Under the pieces are notes generated by a model that had not been told where the DNA came from, did no database searches, and saw nothing but the letters and a program-made list of their open reading frames with translations. A DNA stretch of 64,000 nucleotides from Raillietiella orientalis (lineage: Eukaryota): NCBI GenBank assembly GCA_036172245.1, contig JAYWIR010000046.1, positions 558,001-622,000 of the forward strand, read 5' to 3'. Position 1 is the first letter of the stretch. Each line of letters begins with the position of its first letter. The position numbers and the translations under genes are program-made. Below are positions 42,084 to 54,050 of this stretch, piece after piece.

Positions 42084-43954
42084 TATTCTGAGTACTAACA
42101 TGTAATCAGTACGGTGTGTCACAATGTGGAAAAAGTAAAAATTATATATGTAAACCTTTTGTCAATTTTCTATGTAGTGCATTAACCAATCTCCAAGAAA
42201 CTTCACATGATGGAAGTGAGTATGAAGGGAGTGAAAAAACATGTATATTTCTCTTATATTTCTTGCAAAGTATAGAATTCTGTTATCCCGCATGTGATTC
42301 TTTTCAACTTTGTGCAGAGTGATGGGAAATGCAGAGAATTCCAATGATTTTGATAGTTTTTTTTGGCTAAAACAACAGTTCCGATCCTTATCTCTACAAG
42401 GAGAATGAAAAAGCGTGTGCAACCGTACAAAATTGCCATCTTGCATGAAGTACTCGTGCTGACTCCTCTTTCTACAAGGAATTTTCCAGAAATTCCATGG
42501 AATTTTCATCTATAATAAAGTGATCCACATTGAATCTATGTGTGCCATCTACTACGATTATCTATGATTTGCTCAATATTCATGTTGTCGCGTTTCTTAT
42601 CAAGAATCACTCTATCCTCTGCGTGGGCATTCTGCCACACAGCATAAAAATTAAATGCTAGGTAAATAAATAATATGAATGAATCAAATCCATGAACACA
42701 TGGAGAAGTGAATTATGAAATAATTCAATTTCATAATTCATTCAAAGAAACAATGTCTGATCGAACCGAGTTTTTTTCGGGAAACATCTCGAAGTTTGTC
42801 AGTGGAGCTGTCTCCAGAAACCCTTCAGCTGATCTCGCATTATGATCGATAGCTCTTTCAAATTTGTTTTTGAATATGGAAGCAAAGAATTCAAATACTG
42901 ATTCGTACTATCATGAGTTTTTGTCCTCGCCACTTTGTGGAATGCTGGCAACTCTGACACAAATGCTGCTTGAATGCCGAAGGCTAGGTCAGGGATGGAA
43001 ACGCATCGCTAAGGCACTCTAGAGCCTGGATGCTGCGCTTCTGGGCCTACTCAAAGAAACGCTTAGTTCTCTAGGCTGAGCAGCTGTCTCCTCGCCGAGG
43101 ATCCTCCGTCCCATGAGAGCAGAGATGACTGCCAAAATGGAGGAAGGGTGTGGTCATCACCCCGGGGAGCCGTTTTTGATCGCCACTGCTTGCACACAAA
43201 GGTCAGCGAACTGGCCCAGTCTGGAATGTGACCCAAGAGGGGACCTGATTACAACTGCGGCAGATAGACCCGACATCAACGAGCGCATTTATCTCTCCCC
43301 CCGTGCTTTCCCTGCCTGACTTAGACCCTCGGAAATCGTGTCCATTGCAGAGGGGTCGGTCCACCCCATTCCCTATTTATTGATCGCTACTCAAGAGTTT
43401 TTTCACAACTCTACCCTCCTAGTCCTGCCCCCAGCGATGCAGTCTCCATCTTTCCAGACCTGCGCATGTCTGTTGCCGGAGTTTTATTTATTTCTAATAA
43501 ATCACCCAGAAATCCGGAATGAGAATCAGGCAAGGGAGTTTATTAGGGTGTCGATAAACTTTCAGTTCCGAAGAGGGAAAGACTTGGGAGACACTCTGTC
43601 CTCCTTGAAACTCTGATATCTAGGAGGCTCGCCGATTCTCAGAACGATGCTTTCCAGTGTACACAATAGGATTAGGATCCGAACGAAAGAAGACAAGAAA
43701 AGTACGAGTACAATCATGTAATATCTGTTAATACCATGAGAATCATCACACAGCCCATATGTTCACAAATTATCTATAATCTTCAGATCAGGAAAGCAAA
43801 TTAGGATTTTCGTTTCAAATCTTTTGAGTCCTTGTTAACCATTATTGTGAGACATTGAACACATCTTGAAGTGAAATCGCGCCAATCATCCACCCTGATT
43901 CAGAAAATCTCAAGTTTCCAAAAATAAATTCAGTATTAAATTCAATTCCCGACA

Positions 43955-44940
43955 TTAGAGCAGATGCACCCTCCAGGACGTCGCACAGCATCTGCGAAAG
44001 TTGGTCACTGCCTCCACAACTCTCCTCGCAACAGCTCTGTGCCCTCTACGGAATAGCAATGTGCAGCTAGCCGGCAAGGTGAAGACGGCTTGTGACATCG
44101 CAGGAACCAGGAAACTCTTAGGTGGTATCAGAAAGCGACAAATTGCCGACCGAAGCAACGCCAGTTGCATTCCCGAAGAACTACGCTGCCGAGCAGATCT
44201 CGAAATTTCCGGCTGATCTGGAGACCCCCAAGGCTCTCAGGAACACCTCCACTCTTCCCTTGAAGGGGAAGCACTGCGGCAACGCTGTTGCTGCATTGGG
44301 ACCTTCCGTGCAATGCACATAGCAGTCGAGGAACTTTGACTTTTTGCTTCTTCACTTGCGCAGAAGTGGAATTATTCTTTCACCTGCTCGTGGACTGTGC
44401 TGCCCTCCGGAGTGTGTGGGGGCGCGTCTCTCGACGGTTCTTCCGCTCTCGGTATGCAGCTTTAGAGGAGTATGAAAGAGCCTCTTCGTGCGCAGCGTGA
44501 TGCAGACCTCCAGAGCGATTGCCCACCCACATCTGCTTCTGTGGGATGATCCGCGGCATGTCGAGGTGCTGCTGCAAGAGGACAGCACGCCAGGAACGCC
44601 ATCGCGACGATGGTCCCCTTCTAGGGGAGGGCAACGGGATGGCTACATCCGGTGCATTTCAGAGCGGAACTCGCCAGCATCCAGCACAGAGGACCACAGA
44701 GGTCTTCCCCTGTGGCAGAGACCTTTCTTCCCCTTGTCTCTCTCACATAGAAGACTTTGCTTTTTCAAATTTCTTTATATACTCCTCCTTGTCCTCCTTG
44801 ACCGAGGCGGATCTCATTGGCCAGTCAAGTGGAGAGCAGCCAGCTGACCCATAGTTCCTTCGGAGTTTGGTGGGAACGAGTGCCCTGGTCTGCATTTTTG
44901 TTTTTGTTTTTGTTCATCGAAGAGCTGCAATAAACATCCC
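43955..44940 (+). mobile_element. 3' part of an L1/Tx1-like non-LTR element with zf-RVT CCHC region
   Basis: GC-rich island. LLHWDLPCN...FCFFTCAEVELFFHLLVDCAALRSVWGRV fits zf-RVT (H..LP...CxxC...E..HL..C.....W). (TTTTTG)3 and AATAAA lie near 44895-44934. Confidence 0.7.
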
Positions 44941-47439
44941 CCGGCGTAACCGCGTATCTCAACAGATACCGTTTAGCAATGTTCATCACGTTCCAGAAGT
45001 TCCTCAAACCACTCGATCAAAAGATCACTGCCACAGGTGTGAGCTTTAAAAGGGAGGTCGTCCTCCTTCCAGATTCACAGTGCTCAGTTCCCATGTCTCA
45101 TGGTGTTCTTATAATGAATTCTCTTTTGCTGAACGAGAATTTCATTTATCTTGCATTCTCTGGTGTTCGAGAACTCTTTTAATGATGATTCCTCGCTTCC
45201 GAAGTAACTGGGTGTAAGCAAAATATATCAAATAAAATTTTATTTCAAATTCAAACAGTGCTGTGTAATATTTTAAACTGTCCTTATGAATGAATAGAGG
45301 AATGTAATCAGGGTATTTCACGGGCTCACAGTATGAACAAAACTAAAAATCACAATTGTATCATCTTAAGTGGAATTCGAAGCTTTTTAGGCCACTTTTT
45401 CTGTTTATCGATGTGAAGCAAGTAAAACGTGAAGATAAAAAAAAAAATTTTTTGTTCATTCGTGAAACAGGAAAACGAATATATTTTCTTCGACGTTTGA
45501 GGATAGGTAGTGAATGAATGGTACGACGAGACTCCAGAGAGGTTAAGGGACTGTTCTGTTAGAATGAATGCATCCCAAGAGGAACTCATAGAGAAAAATT
45601 TTCATGAGATTACATAAGCCAATTTTTGGGGGAAGCTAATCGAATTAGTACCAGGACAGGAGAATCTAGAAGAATAAGAACATTTCCGTAGTGTTCGCGT
45701 TTCACTGAAGGTCTCAAGAACTTCATTCTCGTTCAGTTTTATACTTCATTTTATAGGAAAGAAAATGCACAGGGATAACACATCATTTCATTAAAATGCA
45801 AACTCGTAAAGCTCCTTAGTTCTCGGGTAGTTCTACAGAATCTTCTTCCTTGGGGAGTTTCTTTCTAACATGATCAGTGAATGCAAGTCTTTCAAGGAGA
45901 GCACAGTCTGATTTTCAGTCAGGATGTGCGTGTTGTTTCTATAGGTAGAAAGACAAATGTTTTCAGTCCCTCTGGTTTTGAATCTTTATCTTGTTGTTTA
46001 TTTGAATTTTCGGCTTCCTTTGCGATGCACCAATCATTCATTAGATTAAAGAGAGAGAACTGATATGGAAACATGAAAGACTCCAGTTTCCGCTTCTATA
46101 TCATTTTCTGGACATAACCAACACTGCTGTTGTCAGCTTATGGTTACCCTCTCTCTCTTTTCTATTTAGATTACACTGGTTCCATAAGACCGCAACTTGA
46201 TTCTGCCAGTTGTCTTTCCAAATAAAATTCTGCCATGCTGCTCATTACAACCGAATGCCTCTAAGTAAGAAGTTAGGTCCATGCTGATGGCAGCTCCATC
46301 AATTCGTGATTCTTTAGCTTTTTTCCCCTAATGTTCCATGAGACTGAATGCTGCACAGTCAATTCCATTCTGGGGAACTCCACAGTGCAATCTGAAACGC
46401 AATGCAACAGGAGAACAAGTGCAGATGCAGATTCACAAGATTCAAAAAAAAAAAAAAAAATCAACTAAATTCAGCATATTTATAGGATCCATATAAAAAG
46501 TCGCAATGAGGATCAACTTATGGGGACTGCTGAAAATGAGCATACTGATCAACTTGTCTGAGATGATGAGATGAAGAACAGAAGGTAGAAACATGAATAC
46601 GATCGTCTCCTTCCAGAATTGGAGATAAATACGTGACTATGAGAACAGTTATGCGAATCGGGTGTATATGGAGAAATTACTGAGAGAAAAGCATCGCAAA
46701 ATGACAACAAATGAGTTTATTAGTTCTTCAGATGAGTTTCTTATCAATTAAGCGTCAAGACGGAAAACTTAAATGTTTCGATTTACATAATTAAAAAGAT
46801 ATTTCCTTCTAATTTTTGGCTAGAGAGAAGCTTAAATGCACAAGTTTGCAATTCAAGGTTGGAACATTTGCAACTGATGGCTTCTGATTAATTCCGTAGA
46901 TACCTCAGTTTTTCTATCTGCATTTTTTGCTTCTCCTATGTGATGATAAATAGATTCCTCTATCATCTTCACTAGTTGTTTGTGTCTTTTTGTATTTATA
47001 GTACATCATCTATTTCTCTATATCTCATTTTTCCACTAGCGTCATTCGTGATCAATAGCATCTCTGTACTCGATTTGTTGAAATGTAAGTGTCTCGGCAC
47101 ATGGAGTTCCTTCTAGGTTTCTGTTCATCCATGAGAGGCAGCAAGTGATCTGTTTTTCAGTGTGCTCTCCCTTCGATATCAATTTTATGGGACTGTCTCA
47201 TGCATACACTATTGCAAACGTTCAAATCAATCTATCTTTAGGCTTGCAGAAATCCTTTCCATTGCAATCACTATCAGAGTCATTCGGTTGTTTCTTTTTT
47301 TTTTTTTCCTCTAACATCTTTGTTGAACTCTTTTTTCTCCGGACAATTCATATTTCAGTTTCTGTTGAGGCTTGGACCGATTATTCAGAGGTGGCTCTAT
47401 GAACTTATGAACTCGGTTTTCGATGAAGAAACTCAGTTT

Positions 47440-47760
47440 TCAGCAGCCATTCAAATGCTCCCAAATTCAACGAAGGAATGTTTACGTGCTACAGATGTGA
47501 TTCCTGATTTTTATTCCTCTTCAAAATTACTAGCTGAGGAACCTGGCAAGAATATAAGGTGGAAGCAAGGAAAAACATGGGACACCCTGATTCTCTAGGG
47601 AAAAACGAAAGAAAAAAAGTGTCAGGAATAAAAATCTTAGGAGATTCAAATCTTTAAGGATTTGATGGCTCCCTGGATCGGAAATAGTGATGAGTATCAA
47701 ATCTGCATTTCAGTTCAAGCAAGAGGCACTGAAAATCTTCAAAGATTAACAGCAAGAGTG
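47440..47760 (+). mobile_element. Decayed BEL/Pao pol fragment
   Basis: STKECLRA..IPDFY...KLL...WKQGKTWD...EIQIFKDLMAPWIG (compare TKR.L...IFDP.G...KLL..LW..G..WD...IPRW). Confidence 0.5.
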
Positions 47761-50700
47761 GAACAGTAAAACAGATTCGTCTATTCACAAGATACGACAT
47801 TATCCGAACGTGTTCCTACTCGAAGAGTTCACAAAGATTTGTTTCAGCATGGCAATGTGTATTCTTCTACATCCCAGCGATATGTTTGCTGAAATTTGAA
47901 AGCACGCATTCCTCTTGCTTTCCGAGTAACCATGCTGGAAATGGGGAAAAACAAATCCGTTTTGTCTTGAAAGTTTAACGTTTCTGTGCTTCGTATTTCG
48001 TGTGGATTTAAGAAGCCATAATTTTAACGAGACTTCGGGCACTTAGTCTCTCTGCTACTGTGTTAGATTTTAAGTTCACAGATGCTGAGCGTGATATGGG
48101 ATGAGAGTTATCTGGTATATGCATTCTACTCTCATCAGTTATCAAACACATCCTCGCTTGCGCATCCCTTGTGATTCCCCTGCTGTACTCCGCAGAGTTG
48201 CCTCAAATCTCTAAGAATGAATGAATCCTGGAAAATTTCTGAGGTTCAATAAAATATTTAGAGTCAACCATATAGCCTTCATGGAATCATACAAGCGAAA
48301 GCTGTTCAGGACCCTTTCGAATAAGAACAGCAATCATTTTATCGTCGACTCCTTGTTAACCTAAGATTTAATGAAAAATATAAAAGTACCATTACATATT
48401 CTTCGTTATTGAACAGTATTTATATTTCCTTCATGTTCTTAATTATCTGTACGTTAAGGACGTCTTCCTACATGCGCATGACTTTCGGGAAATGTATAAA
48501 TTTGAATATAAATTTAAAGTATCAGTAGATCCTGACTGACTGTGCAAGGACTGTTCCTCTTGGGGCCCATAAACGATTTAATGAGGAAACTTTGCATTTG
48601 CATAATTTTCTTCACACTGATGCCACATTTAATTAATGCGGCTTATCAACCAAAAAAAAAAAAAAAAAAAGTGAGAGGCACTGATCCTACCGTTTGCAAA
48701 CCTCTGCTAGGGAATACCTAATCTGGGGATTCCATAAAATAAAGGGGTTAATGTGCAAAGTGCACTTGTTTGGTTTCCTATTCATTCTAAAAACGCGATC
48801 ACAAATCCTTCTTTGAAGCGATTAAGGTATTTTTTGGTGAGATGCATTTTACTCAAAAGTATTTTCCGCAGTCATATTACTGGTATTATGGGCTTTTAAA
48901 TGATGAGATGAAACTGAACTGCCCACAGCAAAGCGTGAAAAATTAAAAACCACTGATCCGACTCTCTGAGTGTGGATCAAGAGTTTCGCATTTGTTTTTA
49001 TGGAAATATTGAATGATGGCTCTTGTGATTCCTAGTCTTCGCATTTATTCAGTTCATGAAATACTGCTCCTATTCCAGATATGGCTCAATGAGTTCCGAG
49101 AGGAAAATGCAGGAAAACTTGCCTGCGTTCTCGAGACTCCATGTCCAGCGGGCGAATTATTGCAAAGGTGGGAAAGAAGTAACTCGAGGATTCACCCCAA
49201 GCGAGAAACAGAGAACGCAGTCAGTGTAGGGTGCTTTAGGCAAATGATTTCGGTTCTCATGTCATGAACATCATGCTCTCAGTCCCGAGTTTCACTGCTT
49301 CTTTTTAAACATGGTGCTCATACAGTCCTATCTGCGATTCGAGGACGGTTAAGGTACCTTCCGATCACAGTTCGTAATCTTTGCAATCGGGGCTGTTTTG
49401 TAGTCAGATTTGTTAGCTGCAGTCATCTTCAATCCTTTCTTTCTAAGAGTGTTGCTTTCTGACTGAAGAGTAGTGTCTAGACGCGTCTGCTCTCAACTCC
49501 TAATTCGTGATCAAGGATCAGAAAAGTGCTTGGATGTGCATAGAAATCTCACTACTGGAATCAGGAGGAAGAAAAGCAGCTCTGTGAACGAGAACCCTCT
49601 TAAGACTGAATTATATTAAACTCACGTGTTCTGAATCACAATACTTGGGACACAGTATCTGAAATCTGCATCTTGCACGTGGGGTCAAGAATACCCCGAT
49701 ACTATTGCAAAAAATGAAATTCTATTCGTGTGATCAGCAGAAGCTCTTTAAAAATAGTCTTCAGGATTTCCTCATAGCTCTTTTGGTTTCTGCATAAGTC
49801 AGTGAGGATATCGTCATAATGAAGGGAAAATCGTCTCTCGAAAATCTTCTTGAAATCTTGAAATCTTCCTACGACTTACTTTTTGTTCGAACAAGGTTTC
49901 TCAAATTTTCCATCAAGAATTTTCTTTTGCACTTGACCATATGATCCGACAATGCTTTTCTTTAGTAAGAGTACTCCGTGTAGTAATTTGTTTACATTTG
50001 TCTTTCCCCTACATCTTAATTACTGTGATTGCTGACCTGTGGGCTTGCTCTTCCTTCAGACTTTTTTGATGATCTTTATGTGTTAAGATTTCGATAAAAA
50101 CAGATTTTCTGGGGTGTATCTGTAGAACTTTATCACATTCAGTGGTACATGCTGCTTCAGAATGTGATTTAAGTCTTTGCTTGCTTCTCAGTTGTCTCTG
50201 ACAGACCTAAGTAGACTTTGGGTTTCACCCAGACAATTTCCAAGGTTCCAAGGTTTTCTCATTCTTCTAAGCGAAGAATGGTTCAAAGAATAAGGAAAAA
50301 ATTTGATTTTCTTCATTGTCGCTCTTTGGGTCTATCCGTTTGTTCAAGGGACAATCTTCCTGGTTGCCCGAATTCCCCAGGGGATTGGAATTCTAAACCA
50401 TTAGAAGATTTCTTCAGAAAACATACTCTCTTGTTCGAACATGTATTCGATTGCCTCTGTTAGCTGTGCCAAATCTTTGCTGATGTAACATGATGAGAAT
50501 TATCATGTTGATGCTGTTCTTAATGTTACCACCTGCAACCGTTTCAACAACTTCCATTTTACGTATGATTCAACGAGAAGTGCAAATCTATGGCAATGAA
50601 TTCACAGTTTCGAGAACATCCTCAAAAATTATAATGGTCATTAAATCATTTGACGTTTTCCGAAAATACATGATACAGTAACAGCTACTTGATGCAGACA

Positions 50701-52219
50701 TGATATTTATCAATAAAGATCCTCTGAACAAATAGTGCTGTTTTTCTATTTTTATTTTTTTGACTACATTTTTCTATTAAAGTGAATTCGAAAAAATTTT
50801 CTTACTCAAATTACGCAAATCTAGAGCAAATATTTGTTTATAGGATACATGAGTTCATGATATTGAGCTTTAATCCTCTTGGTTGCAGACTGCATCTCTA
50901 ATGGCTTTTACGATAAGGAAGCTGACATGAGACTTAGACATAGTACTTATTTCTTATGATTTTCCTGATGCCTTTCTTCTGTATTCTACCATTCTCGTTT
51001 TTCATTCACATTTTTCTTTTTTTTAATTTTTGCGTATTTGACTATGAATAAGATGTCTATTTAAAATGTCTAAAGCAGAGACGGTTTAAGGTTTATGCTG
51101 ACTACTAGAATTGCGTGCCCACAATGTTCTCTGTCCACAGAAACATGCCTGAATGGGGCCGTACAAAGCAAATGCATATATGGGCGTTGTTTCCAACGTT
51201 CGCTAAGTGTTGGATTAACATCGAGAAATTCTGAGCCGACTTCTTGGAATGCCAGCTCGGAAACTACTGATAGTTTTGAAAGAAATTAATGCTGGGTTAG
51301 GTACTCAGAACGCATGCTCAATAGTTCTTCAGTTTCAAACAATTTGAGAAGCAGTAAAAACAAGTGCGGGTGCACTTGTAAGTTATTATTTTAAATGCCA
51401 CAGTGATGTGCGGAACTGCTGCAAACTGGCTCTAAAAATTCTAAGCGAAATGAGGAGATCCTTTCAAGAGGATATCAACTGCTTTTGCGAAGCCATCGTG
51501 GTCACAAATGGCTTCGCATAAGGGTTGAGTCGAGCAGCTGAACAGAAAACCGCATACTAGGCATGTGATCAGATTTGCTATACGGCAACGAGCTAGGATT
51601 TCACCTACTCGAGTACCAATACGAAGAGGTGTCCCTAGAATCGGGGGATGATTTCACGAGAAAAAAAATTGCGATTTCGATGAAAGGAGTGGTTGAAATA
51701 CAATGAGACTCCATGACTGCTTTTTTTCAGAATCTCTTCTGATCCTCGAAATATTCCCCTCATTGATCCATACCCATTTTCCTGTGCTTTAGTGCTTTAC
51801 TCTGTTTTCAGACAGTAAGCCTCTGTGAAAATCAAAGACCTCTGCAACCTGAAGAAGATTACTGACAAAGGATTTATATAGTTTAAGTCAGAGGTATGAG
51901 CTTTGCATTGAAAAACATTCGAAAGAGTTTCTTTCCAGTAAAAAAACACAGGGCTTTTATTAATTTGTATTTTTCAAAGGGGAAAAAAAGATTCTATCAG
52001 CTTACTTTTGGATAAGCCGATGAAGCACTAATCCCACTTTGATTAAAGGATTCAAATACAGTTTAAGAGAGTGAATTTCAGAGAATAATTTCAGATAGCT
52101 TCCAGCAACGTTAACAGATTCAGGAACCATTTCAGGATATACTCAAGGAGTATGCTCATTTCCATTGGAAGTTGGCCATTTTAAACTTTAAACATTTTAA
52201 AACTTTTTAAACATTTAAA

Positions 52220-52357
52220 ATGGCTTTCATTGAACGGGATCTCATTCCTTCAACGATTTGGGACGACAGACCTCTGATCACTTAAAATTTCAAGGTTCTG
52301 TGGAATGCGTTCCGTTTTCGAGAAGCAAAACGACGTGATACCACCTTCGGCTACTAG
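52220..52357 (+). pseudogene. Possible CRESS capsid C-terminal fragment
   Basis: MAFIERDLIPSTIWDDRPLIT*NFKVLWNAFRFREAKRRDTTFGY*. The ending resembles the circovirus-type capsid terminal strand (Y.V...xxFRE). One internal stop; short. Confidence 0.3.
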
Positions 52358-52583
52358 ATAGCCTACTGAAGATTTCCCTTAACCTCCCTCCCTTTTACAC
52401 TCTTACTGGTGGGCGTGGCCCACCCGACTATCCGAGTCCTTCGCGAGGTCGGGTTTCACCAGACACCCACGCTAGGAAGCTTATCGCTTTCCGCATTCCT
52501 CAGTCTTCCACGTGTGCGGACGATAGCTAGACACTAAAAATATCTGCTTACATAACAATTTCCCACGAGGTCGGATGATTACT

Positions 52584-52615
52584 GCGCAATCTGGGTAATA
52601 CAAACCGGATTGCGC
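52584..52615 (-). other. Rolling-circle origin stem-loop with nonanucleotide TTGTATTAC
   Basis: Arms GCGCAATCTGG (52584-52594) and CCGGATTGCGC (52605-52615) pair at 10 of 11 positions. The loop GTAATACAAA reads TTTGTATTAC on the minus strand. Confidence 0.88.
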
Positions 52616-52643
52616 TAACAAAAAATACTGCGCAGTTAGCCAG

Positions 52644-52651
52644 TATATAAA
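52644..52651 (+). promoter_or_regulatory. TATA box of the viral rep promoter
   Basis: TATATAAA lies about 30 nt after the origin hairpin and about 60 nt before the inferred rep start. Confidence 0.6.
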
Positions 52652-52707
52652 CCACCTAAACCATCCAAACCACAGTCTTACCTTCCAGTGAATTTCTTGA
52701 GCACGCC

Positions 52708-53580
52708 ATACCATACGCACTACACTTCAACTGGTGCCTCACCCTATGCAACTATACAGAAGAAGACTTCAAGGCCATAAAGCAGTGGTGCCGCACCAAT
52801 TGCTTTTTCGCCTGCATCGGCAGAGAGACCGCCGACACAGGAACGCCACACCTCCAGGGCTACATGGAACTTAAAGAGCCTAGGACCATACCCGGTTTGC
52901 ATCGCAAACCTTTTCATAAAACGCACCTTGAAAAAAAGGCTCTCCTCAGAGCAACGTTAGGTACTGCACGAAGCAGGATAAAGATGCATGGACTTACGGC
53001 GCCATTAACCAACAACCAGAAGCAACATCCTACCAAGAACAAGTTAACGACAACGATAACTACTACTCTACTATTTCCTTTCTAGATACTCCAACTCATA
53101 GAAAGCGGAGCAGATGAGCTCTACGTCCTCAAACATCACACCTAATTCTACTCCAAAAACATTAACTTCATTAAAGAATGTTTCCGACTGTCCAGAACAC
53201 GCCAACATCCCAATCCACTAGCAGGTCTACAACTAAAAGAATGGCAGATACAAATTCTGGATATCATCAGACAACAACCCCACAAACGAAAAATCTACTG
53301 GTTCTTTGACAAAGTTGGAAACACTGGAAAAACTATGATGGCCAAATTTCTTTTCCTAAAGAAAGACGCCATCTACATGCACAGCTGTAAAAAAGCTGAT
53401 GCAGCTCACATTCACAACGGTAAGCGAATTATTGTAGTCGATTTTACGAAAGATAACATGGAGCACGTACAATACGGCTTCATTGAATCTTTAAAGAATG
53501 GAATCATATTCGATTTCAAATATCAAGGAAGTATAAAATACCTTCTGCAATCATATTGCATTATTCTTTCTAATATTCCT
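52708..53580 (+). pseudogene. rep: CRESS replication-associated protein (HUH endonuclease plus SF3 helicase), disrupted
   Basis: Motif I WCLTLCN (52732), motif II PHLQGY (52846-52863), motif III YCTK (52962-52973), LKEWQ, Walker A WFFDKVGNTGKT (GNTGKT 53317-53334), Walker B IIVVDF (53428-53445), YGFIESLKNG and motif C IILSN (53560-53574). Lesions: probable start ATG>ATA (GCCATA), a frameshift in the A7 run at 52931-52937, a second shift near 53060-53090, a stop at 53143 and a lost C-terminus. Confidence 0.93.
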
Positions 53581-54050
53581 TATGTATCATTTCTTCCATT
53601 TAAACTTTCTGAGGAAATACTTCCTGCATTGAAATTAGTTCCATTCCTGCTATCAGATATTGATAGCGCGTTCACTTCAATAATACGATCATCATTAGGG
53701 AATCCAGCAATATGTGGATGATTGCATATGTGTAGCCAACAGCAAACACAATAAAACACCCGTTCTGAGAAACACTCAACTATGCATCGTATGACCGATG
53801 TGTCGATCGATAAATATAGATTTTCCAATAAGATGATTACTTCCTGAAACGCTAAAACGGGATGAATCTTCGTCTCTTTCCGATTCAACAGGACGTTTTT
53901 TCAGAAACGTGGCAATTCGAAGTAGTGAGAAATTTGCAGACTCTCGATCCTTCTTAAGGCAGATTCAGGGAAAACTTTGCCGCGCAAAAGTATGAATCTT
54001 ATACTTTACCCGTGCATTTCCCAACGAATGCCCTAGTAAACTGGTGTCAT
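53581..54050 (+). mobile_element. Decayed L1-like reverse-transcriptase fragment(s)
   Basis: LLSDIDSAFTSIIRSSL (RT domain 3-like), then YVDDCICV (YVDD at 53711-53722) in another frame, and IQGKL further on. The spacing implies an internal deletion. Confidence 0.45.

Larger units (their letters stand above)
52220..53580 (+). mobile_element. Endogenous CRESS-DNA virus fragment (putative cap 3' end, intergenic region, origin, rep)
   Basis: Origin stem-loop, TATA box and a Rep pseudogene lie in the correct order, in a C-rich block distinct from its flanks. The left boundary is approximate. Confidence 0.88.

Noticed and set aside
52708..53580. Rep as a Helitron or bacterial plasmid Rep
   Set aside because: A small HUH domain joined to an SF3 helicase, with a TATTAC hairpin, fits CRESS viruses. 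There is no Pif1 helicase and no Helitron ends.
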